32,000 nucleotides of DNA from Candidatus Velamenicoccus archaeovorus (GTDB lineage: Bacteria > Omnitrophota > Gorgyraeia > Velamenicoccales > Velamenicoccaceae), in the NCBI RefSeq assembly GCF_004102945.1, contig NZ_CP019384.1, forward strand, positions 1,290,001 through 1,322,000. The letters run 5' to 3'. Under the pieces are notes generated by a model. That model did no database searches. It saw only the letters and a list, made by a program, of their open reading frames with translations, and was not told the DNA's origin. Positions within the stretch are counted from its first letter, which is position 1. Each line of letters opens with the position of its first letter. The translations under genes and the position numbers were made by a program. Shown piece after piece: positions 1 through 7,897 of this stretch.

Positions 1-1925
1 CCGAAATTCATGATGCGCTTGACCTTGCCCCTGTAGATCTTGCCGATCTCGGCGTCTTCGGTGAGGCCCTTGATCATGTCGACGGCCCTCTGGGATGCGG
101 CGCTGTCCGTCGATGCCACGAGGACCGAACCGTCATCCTCGACGTCGATGGCGACGCCCGTCAGCTCGATGATCTTGCGGATATTCTTGCCGCCCGGCCC
201 GATCAAATCGCCGATCCGCTCCTGATTGATCTTCAGGTGGATGATCCGCGGCGCGTATTCCGAAAGCTCCTTGCGCGGCGCCTCCAGGACGGCCGTCATC
301 TTATCAAGGATAAAATGACGTGCGGTTCTGGAACGCTCCAGCACTTCGCGGATGATATCAAAATCAATGCCGCTGATCTTCAGGTCCAGCTGGATCGCCG
401 TGATCCCCTTGCGGGTACCGGCGATCTTGAAATCCATGTCCCCGTGATGATCTTCCAGGCCGGCGATATCCGTCAAAAGGAGATGCTTGGAATCCTCTTG
501 CACCAGCCCCATAGCGATCCCTGCGACAGGTTCTTTGATCGGCACGCCCGCATCCATCAAAGACAAAGACGATGCACAGACCGTCGCCATGCTCGAAGAC
601 CCATTGGACTCCAGGATCTCGGAAACGACGCGCACGGTGTAAGGGAATTCTTCCGGCGTCGGCATGACCGCCTTCAAGGACTTTTCCGCCAGGGCGCCGT
701 GGCCGATTTCACGCCGGCCGGCCCCCCTGACAGGCTTGACTTCGCCGACAGAAAACGGAGGAAAATTATAATGGAGCATAAACTTCTTATAGCTCTTGCC
801 TTCCAGGGCTTCGATGAGTTGTTCATCCGCACGCGTGCCCAGAGTGGTCACCGCCAGGCTTTGTGTCTGTCCACGGGTAAACAATCCCGAACCGTGCGTC
901 CGCGGCAAATTACCGACCTCACAACTGATGGCACGGACCTCGTCGAATTTGCGGCCGTCTACGCGGCGATTCTCTTCCAGCGCAAGCTTACGGATCTCTT
1001 CGCTTTCTATCTCATCCAGGGCTGCCTTAATATCCTTCTCGCTGATCTGGTCTTCCCCCTCTTTCTCAACGCAAAAACGTTCCGTCACATCTTTATAAAG
1101 CATCTGGACCGCTTCCATACGCGCTTCTTTCTGAGCGATCTTGCAATTCTCTTTCACGCGATTCATATAAGCGGCTTTGATGCTCTTGACGAGCTCCGGG
1201 CTGACGGCGCGGTCTTCATAGCTCATCTTTTCCCGGCCGCACGCCTTAATCAAATCCTCCTGGATCTTAATGGAAACCTGAAGCTGCTCGTGGCCGAATT
1301 TCAAGGCTTCATACACCACCGCTTCTTCCAGCCCCTTGGCCTCTCCTTCGATCATGATGACTTTTTTACGGTTGCCCACAACGACCAAGTCCAAGTCGCT
1401 CGCTTCGCGCTGGGCATACGTCGGATTAACGACCAGCTTACCATCCACGCGTCCGATACGGACGGCGCCAATCGGCCCTTCAAAAGGAATCTGCGAGATC
1501 CCCAGGGCCGCGGAGGCGCCGATAACAGCCAGGACGTCGGGATCATTCTCTGCGTCGCTGGAAAGGACCAGAGCGATCACCTGGACGTCATTCCTGAAAC
1601 CGCATGGAAATAAGGGACGGACCGGCCTGTCGATGAGGCGCGAGATCAGGATCTCGCTCTCCGATGGACGGCCTTCGCGCTTGAAGAACCCTCCGGGGAT
1701 CCTGCCTGCGGCATAAGTCTTTTCCTGGTATTCGACGGTCAAAGGAAAAAAATCGATCCCTTCCCTGATGTCCTTGGACACACAGGCCGTCACGAGGACC
1801 ACCGAATCGCCCATCTGCACGGTCACGGCGCCGTCAGCCTGCTTGGCCAGTTTTCCCGTCGATAAAATCAAATTCTTGTCCCCAAATGGGGCTTCCACTT
1901 TTTCGATTTTTGGATTCATAGTCAT
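1..1925 (-). CDS. pnp: polynucleotide phosphorylase (PNPase); C-terminus runs off the left window edge
   Basis: Absent from the ORF track because it has no stop codon inside the window. Hand translation of the minus strand from ATG 1925-1923 gives MTMNPKIEKVEAPFGDKNLILSTGKLAKQADGAVTVQMGDSVVLVTACVS...FPLTVEYQEKTYAAGRIPGGFFKREGRPSESEILISRLIDRPVRPLF, the canonical PNPase N-terminus. At the window edge the frame reads ...GKIYRGKVKRIMNFG, the start of the S1 domain. It lies directly downstream of rpsO, the usual arrangement. Confidence 0.95.
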   Translation of the reverse strand, partial: MTMNPKIEKVEAPFGDKNLILSTGKLAKQADGAVTVQMGDSVVLVTACVSKDIREGIDFFPLTVEYQEKTYAAGRIPGGFFKREGRPSESEILISRLIDRPVRPLFPCGFRNDVQVIALVLSSDAENDPDVLAVIGASAALGISQIPFEGPIGAVRIGRVDGKLVVNPTYAQREASDLDLVVVGNRKKVIMIEGEAKGLEEAVVYEALKFGHEQLQVSIKIQEDLIKACGREKMSYEDRAVSPELVKSIKAAYMNRVKENCKIAQKEARMEAVQMLYKDVTERFCVEKEGEDQISEKDIKAALDEIESEEIRKLALEENRRVDGRKFDEVRAISCEVGNLPRTHGSGLFTRGQTQSLAVTTLGTRADEQLIEALEGKSYKKFMLHYNFPPFSVGEVKPVRGAGRREIGHGALAEKSLKAVMPTPEEFPYTVRVVSEILESNGSSSMATVCASSLSLMDAGVPIKEPVAGIAMGLVQEDSKHLLLTDIAGLEDHHGDMDFKIAGTRKGITAIQLDLKISGIDFDIIREVLERSRTARHFILDKMTAVLEAPRKELSEYAPRIIHLKINQERIGDLIGPGGKNIRKIIELTGVAIDVEDDGSVLVASTDSAASQRAVDMIKGLTEDAEIGKIYRGKVKRIMNF

Positions 1926-1927
1926 GA

Positions 1928-2194
1928 TTATTTACGCAGTCCCAGCTTTGAAAGGAGCTCTTCATACTTTTTGGTGTCGTGTTTTTTAAGGTATGAGAGC
2001 AGGCGGCGGCGCGTGCTGACCATCTTCAGCAGGCCCTGGCGGGAGTGATGATCTTTCTTGTGGATTTCAAAGTGCTTGGAAAGCTCATTGATCCGTTCAG
2101 TCAAAAGGGCGATCTGCACGAATGCAGAACCCGTATCCTTCTCATGAACCTTATAATTGCCGATGATTTCCTTCTTCTTCGTGCTCTCTAACAT
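1928..2194 (-). CDS. rpsO: 30S ribosomal protein S15
   Basis: 88-aa [74 protein letters not shown]..., a typical S15 sequence. AGGAGGAAAGG sits just upstream of the ATG. Confidence 0.97.
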   Translation of the reverse strand: MLESTKKKEIIGNYKVHEKDTGSAFVQIALLTERINELSKHFEIHKKDHHSRQGLLKMVSTRRRLLSYLKKHDTKKYEELLSKLGLRK

Positions 2195-2285
2195 CCGGTC
2201 CTTTCCTCCTGCGCTAGCCCGCTCCTTTGGCAGGCTGTTTTGCCTATTTTTCCATAGGCTTATTTATGTAGGTTGAATTTAACAG
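2195..2285 (-). promoter_or_regulatory. about 90-nt rpsO 5' leader with adjacent or overlapping small hairpins; candidate S15 autoregulatory leader
   Basis: It lies between the predicted promoter and the rpsO ATG. GCCTAT/ATAGGC (2242-2259) and GGCA/TGCC (2229-2244) stems share nucleotides, so a pseudoknot is possible. S15 is known to autoregulate through leader structures in several phyla. I did not match it to a specific known leader class. Confidence 0.3.
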
Positions 2286-2291
2286 GTTCCC

Positions 2292-2320
2292 AGTATACAT
2301 TCGAGTCCCCTGTAAGTCAA
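2292..2320 (-). promoter_or_regulatory. sigma70-type promoter for rpsO-pnp
   Basis: On the minus strand: TTGACT (2320-2315), a 17-nt spacer, then TATACT (2297-2292). Confidence 0.55.
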
Positions 2321-2343
2321 GGAGTTTTCCTGACTAAGCAATG

Positions 2344-3012
2344 CTATGCCTCTATCCCGATCTCCTGGTCAAGAAAACCGATCAGCTTCTCGATCTCTTT
2401 GGCCGTCTTGTCCGATACCAGGTGGCCGTAAACCGCCTCTTTCTGCAGCGTCCTGACAGTCGCCATCAGGCGCTTCAAGGTCCTGACCCGGCGTTCGGCC
2501 TGCGCCTTCTGGGGGTCCTCTTCCTCGCGGATGGAACGCAGCCTCAGACCCATCTGCTTCTTGACCTCCTTGCCTTCCTTTCCGTCCTCAAAAACGCTTT
2601 TTTTGAATTCCTGGTAGTCCTCTTCTGTCAGCTCCTTTTGCTTGGCGGCCAGGCGAAGAACATTGACCGCATCGAATGCCGGGATATTGCGGGGATCCGG
2701 GGTCTCCTGGGACTGGACGTCTTTGAGGAATTCAGGCTCGTTCTTCTCAAGGAAATAATAGGAATGGAGCAGCTTGGAAGCGGTTTGCTGATGGATACCG
2801 ATCTCACCCTTACAGTATGCCTCAAAACTCATGCACCCCCATTCCTTATACATCTTATCCTTGTAAACCGTATAAAGGATCTGACCGAGGCCTATCCACG
2901 AAGATTTGAAGTTCTTGGCGGCTTCCAGGACCTGGTAACGCAACGAACCAGGCTCCAGCCCCTTCATCTTCTGCTCTAAATTCATGATAGATTTGCTTTT
3001 TAAGTCCGACAT
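2344..3012 (-). CDS. hypothetical protein (222 aa from ATG 3012), charged C-terminal half
   Basis: The long ORF is 2344-3042. The internal ATG at 3012 is preceded by GAGAGG at 5-nt spacing, whereas the ORF-track start at 3042 is a TTG. I recognise no family motif. Confidence 0.65.
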   Translation of the reverse strand: MSDLKSKSIMNLEQKMKGLEPGSLRYQVLEAAKNFKSSWIGLGQILYTVYKDKMYKEWGCMSFEAYCKGEIGIHQQTASKLLHSYYFLEKNEPEFLKDVQSQETPDPRNIPAFDAVNVLRLAAKQKELTEEDYQEFKKSVFEDGKEGKEVKKQMGLRLRSIREEEDPQKAQAERRVRTLKRLMATVRTLQKEAVYGHLVSDKTAKEIEKLIGFLDQEIGIEA

Positions 3013-3051
3013 GGCAACCTCTCTATCTTGAGACAGGCGCAAACCGCCGAT

Positions 3052-4152
3052 CTATGGATTTAATCCTTTCAATTCCCCGGCGACAAACCTGCCGTCTTTC
3101 TGAATGAGCCTGCCGTCCAGATACACCTCGCCGTCGCCCCTGAGCATCTTCACGAGGTCCCAGTGCACGCTGGAACGGTTGCCATTGTCCGCATCTTTGT
3201 AGGCATGACCCGGTGTCAGGTGGATCGAGCCGCAGATTTTTTCGTCAAAAAGGATATTCTTCATGGGGGCCTTGATGTTCTTGTTGAGGCCGAAGGAAAA
3301 CTCCCCGATATAGCGGGCGCCGGCATCGGCATCCAGGATCTTCTCCAGTTCCTTTTGCGAGCCGAAACGGCACGAAGCATCCACGATCCTGCCTTTCTTA
3401 AACTCAAACCTGACGCCGTCAAACTCCTTGCCGTGATAGAGGCTGGGGACATTATAAGTGATATAGCCCTCGATCGAATCCTTGACAGGAGCGGTGAACA
3501 CTTCGCCGTCGGGCATATTCCTCAGGCCTTCGCTCTTGACGGCCGGGATACCCTTCTTGGAAAACCTCAGATCCGTGTCCGAAGAGATGATCCTGACCTC
3601 GCGGGCCCGCCGGACCATATGCCAGAGCCGTGTGATCTTTTTGGCAAAATCCGGCCAGTCGATATTACAGGCCATAAAATACAAATCCTCGAAAGCCGGC
3701 AAGCTCATGCGCGCATCCTGGGCCAGCCCCGCCGTCGGGTAGCGCGTCACGACCCAGCGCGTATGGTCTACGCGCCGGTCGGAAATAGGACGCATAACCT
3801 GCTGGCGGCGGACCATCTTGGCCATCTCCAGGGCCGCATAGCTCTGCGTGTTCTCCGTCGCGCTGATGCCGATATAGGCGTTTGCCTTCTTCATGGCGTC
3901 CAGGCGGTGTTTCGGAAAATAAGACAACTGCGCCTCGCCGGCCGTCTCGTAGAAAATACGCGTCAGTTCTTCCGTCGAAAAATGATACTCGACATAACGG
4001 GCCCCCCTGCGCAGGCATTTCTCATAGACGGCCTCGACCAAAGGCAGGGCCCTGACCCCCGAGAAATCGATGATGACGATGTCGCCTTTCTTGACCGCGG
4101 CGGAATAATCCACGAGGATATCCGCCAGTTTATCCACTCTAGGATCTTTCAT
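3052..4152 (-). CDS. aminopeptidase, M29 (AmpS/PepS/aminopeptidase T) family
   Basis: MKDPRVDKLADILVDYSAAVKKGDIVIIDFSG...YIGISATENTQ...IHLTPGHAY resembles thermophilic-type M29 aminopeptidases. The ATG at 4152 has a GGAGG upstream, and the ORF-track N-terminal extension to 4200 is unlikely. Confidence 0.88.
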   Translation of the reverse strand: MKDPRVDKLADILVDYSAAVKKGDIVIIDFSGVRALPLVEAVYEKCLRRGARYVEYHFSTEELTRIFYETAGEAQLSYFPKHRLDAMKKANAYIGISATENTQSYAALEMAKMVRRQQVMRPISDRRVDHTRWVVTRYPTAGLAQDARMSLPAFEDLYFMACNIDWPDFAKKITRLWHMVRRAREVRIISSDTDLRFSKKGIPAVKSEGLRNMPDGEVFTAPVKDSIEGYITYNVPSLYHGKEFDGVRFEFKKGRIVDASCRFGSQKELEKILDADAGARYIGEFSFGLNKNIKAPMKNILFDEKICGSIHLTPGHAYKDADNGNRSSVHWDLVKMLRGDGEVYLDGRLIQKDGRFVAGELKGLNP

Positions 4153-4238
4153 GATGCCTCCATAAGATGGAAACAAAACGTGAACATATGAACTCAACAA
4201 ACTCCATCAACTCAAGAAACTTTTTATGGTCAGCCGGT

Positions 4239-6410
4239 TCACTTTTTTAATTCGGGCTTGGTCTTCATGGACAAGCTGATGCGTTTAAGCTCGGGGTCCG
4301 TCTCCAGGACGGTCACGCGCACGACCTGGCCGACATGAACGATATCGGAAGGCTCGCGCACGTAACGGTCGCTAAGCTGCGAGATATGCACGAGGCCGTC
4401 CTGATGGACGCCGATATCGACAAAAGCGCCAAAACGGGTGACGTTCGTGACCACACCCTCCAGCTTCATACCTGTCTTCAAATCTTTGATCTCACGCACG
4501 GCGTCCTTAAATGTCGCGTAGACAAAAGTCGCGCGCGGATCGCGCGCGGGCTTTTTCAACTCGGCGATGATATCCTTGACCGTGATATCGCCGGCCATCC
4601 CGCCGGTATAATCCGAGACCCTCAGCCCGGAGAGACGTTCCGGGTGACGGATGCAATCATCCACCGTCATCTTCAGATCGGCGCACATCTTCTCGACGAT
4701 AAGATAACTCTCCGGATGGATCGCCGTCGTATCCAGAGGATTTTGCGCCCCGCGGATCCGCAAGAACCCAGCGGCCTGCTCAAAAGTCTTCTCTCCAAAG
4801 TTACTGACCTGCATCAGCTCCTGCCGGGACTTGAAGCTCCCACGGGCCTGCCGGTAAGCCACAATATCGCGCGCGGCGCGGGCATTGATGCCCGATACGC
4901 GCGACAAAAGCTCCTTGGACGCCAAATTCAGCTCCACGCCGACGTAATTGACGCAACTTTCAACAACATCCTCAAGCTTTTGTTTAAGCTTTTTCTGGTC
5001 CACGTCATGCTGGTACTGCCCGACGCCGATGGATTTTGGGTCGATCTTGACGAGTTCGGCCAACGGGTCTTGGAGGCGGCGGCCGATGCTGATGGCGCCG
5101 CGCACCGTCACATCCTGCTCGGGAAACTCCTCGGCAGCCACGGGGCTGGCGGAATAGACGGAAGCCCCGGATTCATTGACAACGACGCAGACAGGAACAG
5201 GTTTGAGATCCCCCTTGTGCGCCTCGAGGGCCTCGCGGACAAATGCCTCGGTCTCACGGCCCGCGGTGCCGTTGCCGACGGCAATAAGCTCAATGTCATG
5301 TTTCTGGCACATCTCAACGACTGTGCGGCCAGCTTTCTCTTTTTCGTGCTGCGGAGCATTGGGGAAGATCGTCTGATACTCCTTGAACTTACCCGTTTTG
5401 TCGAGCGCAGCCACCTTGCAACCTGTGACAAAACCGGGATCGACGGCCAAGACAGGCCTCATGCCCGCCGGAGGGCTTAAAAGTAATTCCCGCAGGTTCT
5501 TCTCAAAAATATGAATAGCCACGTCATCCGCCGCCTCTTTGCAGGCGACGCGCACATCGGCAGACAGTGACGCACGCATCAACCGCTCATAGGCGTCATC
5601 GCAGGCATTTTTGAGAAAATCGGCGACAGCCCCCGGCGGAAGCCGGACTTCTTTATTCCATAGCTCATTGAGAATGGGCGTCTTGTCAACAACCAGCTGC
5701 ATCGCCAAAACCTCCTCCGTCTCCCCGCGCATGATCGCAAGCAAGTTATGAGACGAGATGGATTTGACGGACGCCTCGAAATTATAATACATCTCGAACT
5801 TTGTCTTCTTGCCTTCGAAACCCACGCGCGGCCGTGAATGAAAGCGTCCGTTCTCAGAAAAGAACTTCCGGACAAAATCCCGGTGCTCAGGCCTCTCGCT
5901 GACTTCCTCGGCGATAATGTCCGAGGCGCCGGCAAGGGCCTCTTCGGCATTCAAAACGCCTTTTTCGGCGCAAATATATCTGACGGCCATCGCCGGGAGG
6001 TCGGCCTCCGGATCTGTGAGCATCCTGATCTCGTCCGCCAGCGCCTGCAGACCCTTTTCCCGCGCCACGGTCGCTCGCGTGCGCCTCTTGGGCTTGAACG
6101 GCAGATACAGGTCTTCGAGCTCGACCGAAGACAGGCACTGTTCGATCTTTTCCTTAAGCTCCGGCGTCAGCTTATTCAGTTCGGCGATCGTCTTTAAGAC
6201 GGTACCTTTGCGCTCCTCCAGGGCTACCAGATAGCTGAATCTCTCGGCGAATGCACGCAAGACCACCTCATCGCAATTTCCGGTCTGGTCTTTGCGGTAA
6301 CGGGCGATGAATGGGACTGTCGCCTTTTCATGAAACAGCTTCAGGATGTTCCGCGTGTGCTCCGTCGTGAGCTTAAACTCTTTCTCAAGGATGCGGGGGA
6401 TGTCCAACAT
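4239..6410 (-). CDS. tex: Tex-like transcription accessory protein (YqgF/HhH/S1 domains)
   Basis: MLDIPRILEKEFKLTTEHTRNILKLFHEKATVPFIARYRKDQTG... is the conserved Tex N-terminus. The C-terminal S1 domain reads GMKLEGVVTNVTRFGAFVDIGVHQDGLVHISQL. I place the start at ATG 6410; the track extension to 6530 crosses hairpin repeats. Confidence 0.93.
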   Translation of the reverse strand: MLDIPRILEKEFKLTTEHTRNILKLFHEKATVPFIARYRKDQTGNCDEVVLRAFAERFSYLVALEERKGTVLKTIAELNKLTPELKEKIEQCLSSVELEDLYLPFKPKRRTRATVAREKGLQALADEIRMLTDPEADLPAMAVRYICAEKGVLNAEEALAGASDIIAEEVSERPEHRDFVRKFFSENGRFHSRPRVGFEGKKTKFEMYYNFEASVKSISSHNLLAIMRGETEEVLAMQLVVDKTPILNELWNKEVRLPPGAVADFLKNACDDAYERLMRASLSADVRVACKEAADDVAIHIFEKNLRELLLSPPAGMRPVLAVDPGFVTGCKVAALDKTGKFKEYQTIFPNAPQHEKEKAGRTVVEMCQKHDIELIAVGNGTAGRETEAFVREALEAHKGDLKPVPVCVVVNESGASVYSASPVAAEEFPEQDVTVRGAISIGRRLQDPLAELVKIDPKSIGVGQYQHDVDQKKLKQKLEDVVESCVNYVGVELNLASKELLSRVSGINARAARDIVAYRQARGSFKSRQELMQVSNFGEKTFEQAAGFLRIRGAQNPLDTTAIHPESYLIVEKMCADLKMTVDDCIRHPERLSGLRVSDYTGGMAGDITVKDIIAELKKPARDPRATFVYATFKDAVREIKDLKTGMKLEGVVTNVTRFGAFVDIGVHQDGLVHISQLSDRYVREPSDIVHVGQVVRVTVLETDPELKRISLSMKTKPELKK

Positions 6411-6441
6411 ACAGATCTTCCATTCAGATAATGAACCTACT

Positions 6442-6550
6442 CCCCGGGCTGAAGCCCGGGGTTTCTTTCCTGCATGATCCCGCCAGTTTGCTTCGCAAAC
6501 TTCCGGCGGGATAATCTTCGCCGCATTCATCCCCGGCTTGAAAGCTGGGG
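6442..6550. repeat. three consecutive GC-rich hairpins between the small exported-protein gene and tex
   Basis: CCCCGGGC-TGAA-GCCCGGGG lies at 6442-6461. CCCGCC/AGTTTGC-TTC-GCAAACT/GGCGGG lies at 6479-6510. CCCCGGCTT...AAGCTGGGG lies at 6531-6550 and has one G.T pair on the plus strand. Confidence 0.55.
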
Positions 6551-6565
6551 ATTTCTGCGTCTCGA

Positions 6566-6844
6566 TTAAAAGCGCTTGATCACAGTGACGGTCGTATCCA
6601 ACTGCCCGTTGGTCTTCGGCCGAACGATGGTCACGGTCCCGTCCTCAGCGGCGAAGTACAGATTCATATCGGAAACAGCAACGAGTTTGCCGTATCTGGC
6701 CGGCAAGGACGGTTTCATGACACTCTCGGCATAATTGGAATCAGAGTCAAAACTATACTGGGCCCTCAATTCGCCGACACCGGCGACGGTAAATAAGACG
6801 CCCGCCATAAAACCTAAAACGACGTAAAGCAACTTCTTAACCAT
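6566..6844 (-). CDS. small exported or membrane-anchored hypothetical protein (92 aa)
   Basis: ATG 6844 is preceded by GGAGGG. The N-terminus MVKKLLYVVLGFMAGVLFTVAGVG looks like a signal peptide or anchor. Confidence 0.6.
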   Translation of the reverse strand: MVKKLLYVVLGFMAGVLFTVAGVGELRAQYSFDSDSNYAESVMKPSLPARYGKLVAVSDMNLYFAAEDGTVTIVRPKTNGQLDTTVTVIKRF

Positions 6845-6922
6845 AAGCCCTCCATTTTCGCCGTGCATCCCACGTTAAAAGCTTCCGATAGCATGACAAG
6901 TCTGCCAAAAGCAACACTTCCC

Positions 6923-7258
6923 TCATCCCTCTTCGTCATACTTCTGGCAACGCAATGATTTCTTCCGGGCGCGTCTTTTCTTCCACTCCAGCGTCCGTTC
7001 CTTGGCCGCCCGCGTCTTATGCGTCGCCACCCTCTCTTTGGCCGGCCGATGGAGGATATCCAATTTATGGACCAACTGTTCAAGCGCCAAGGCCTTATTG
7101 GCGGCCAGAGACCGCCGCTTCTGGGCCACAACGACGATGCCGCTTGGCATATGCGTCAGCCGCACGGCCGTAAAACGCTTGTTCTTATGCTGGCCGCCCG
7201 GTCCTGAGCTTTTAAAAACCTCAAAAGCGATATCTTGGCGCCTGATTTGTATCCGCAT
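6923..7258 (-). CDS. arfB: ArfB/YaeJ-type peptidyl-tRNA hydrolase (RF-1 domain, GGQ motif)
   Basis: 111 aa with SGPGGQHKNK (GGQ motif) and a basic C-terminal tail (KERTLEWKKRRARKK), as in alternative ribosome-rescue factor B. Confidence 0.85.
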   Translation of the reverse strand: MRIQIRRQDIAFEVFKSSGPGGQHKNKRFTAVRLTHMPSGIVVVAQKRRSLAANKALALEQLVHKLDILHRPAKERVATHKTRAAKERTLEWKKRRARKKSLRCQKYDEEG

Positions 7259-7264
7259 GGGGGT

Positions 7265-7292
7265 ATTTTAGCAGTCCACGGTCAATAGTCAA
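7265..7292 (-). promoter_or_regulatory. sigma70-type promoter placed 6 nt from the arfB ATG (leaderless candidate)
   Basis: On the minus strand: TTGACT (7292-7287), a 16-nt spacer, TAAAAT (7270-7265), then ACCCCC and the ATG (7258). Confidence 0.45.
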
Positions 7293-7450
7293 CCCCGTTA
7301 GAAAGGCTCCATCCTTAAATAACATTTCAAAATTTACTGTCTACCTCTACTATCTACTGTGCACTCCGATCTGGCGGAGGCAATGGAGGCGAAGGCCGTT
7401 CTATTTTCCTCGGCGCGAATACTCTCGTGCATCCTCGTGGTAAGTTTTTC

Positions 7451-7478
7451 TTGACAAGGGAGCGTCCATCAGTATAAT
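7451..7478 (+). promoter_or_regulatory. consensus sigma70 promoter for rpmB
   Basis: TTGACA (7451-7456), a 16-nt spacer, TATAAT (7473-7478). An AAGAGGAAG Shine-Dalgarno lies at 7509-7517 before ATG 7520. Confidence 0.6.
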
Positions 7479-7519
7479 TTGAGAGTCTTACGAACACGAA
7501 GGATCAACAAGAGGAAGCC

Positions 7520-7753
7520 ATGTCAAAAGTATGCGTAGTTTGCGAAAAACGCAGCGTCATCGGCGGGCACACGGCCAGGCGCGGTATGGCCAGGATCAAA
7601 GGCGGCGCAGGCCGCAAGATCACAGGCCGCTCCAAGAGGGCGTTTAAGACAAACGTCCACAAGATCAAGATCGTTGACGCCAAGGGCCGCGTCACCTCGG
7701 CTTATGTGTGCGCCAAATGCCTGAAAGCAGGAAAGGTAAAAAAGGCGCGATAG
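7520..7753 (+). CDS. rpmB: 50S ribosomal protein L28 (Cys-pair, zinc-ribbon type)
   Basis: MSKVCVVCEKRSVIGGH...RAFKTNVHKIKIV...YVCAKCLKAGKVKKA is L28-like with CxxC...CxxC. Confidence 0.88.
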   Translation: MSKVCVVCEKRSVIGGHTARRGMARIKGGAGRKITGRSKRAFKTNVHKIKIVDAKGRVTSAYVCAKCLKAGKVKKAR

Positions 7754-7781
7754 GTTCCATAACTCCGAAGAAAAAAGACTT

Positions 7782-7816
7782 AAAAAAATGACCACGAAAA
7801 TGTGGTCATTTTTTTA
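7782..7816. terminator. bidirectional rho-independent terminator (rpmB and recJ converge)
   Basis: An A-run (7782-7788), the stem ATGACCAC (7788-7795)/GTGGTCAT (7802-7809), then a T-run (7809-7815). Confidence 0.7.
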
Positions 7817-7897
7817 TTCATGGGATCTCAGGATTCCATTTTCCGGAGAAACCAACACCGCTGCAGAACAGAGTCCTCTGACGGCGTAAAGAATTTT

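Noticed and set aside
237-1613. 458-aa plus-strand ORF, along with many other long ORFs in the track such as 3163-4191, 4335-5480, 8381-9526, 14393-15415, 19929-20924 and 21890-22546
   Set aside because: They lie antisense to, or out of frame with, genes that have unmistakable family signatures (pnp, M29 peptidase, tex, recJ, trpB, maf/M48, flavoprotein). Their translations are Arg/Gly/Asp/His-rich and low in complexity, which is typical of shadow ORFs in GC-rich DNA.
6411-6530. N-terminal extensions offered by the ORF track for tex (to 6530), alr (to 27740), the flavoprotein (to 22531), tsaE (to 29621), mtnA (to 31943), the M16 peptidase (to 13577), the M29 peptidase (to 4200) and lptF (from 23785)
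   Set aside because: The extensions cross hairpin repeats or the preceding gene and start at TTG/GTG or poorly placed codons. They also precede internal ATGs that align with the conserved N-termini of the respective families.
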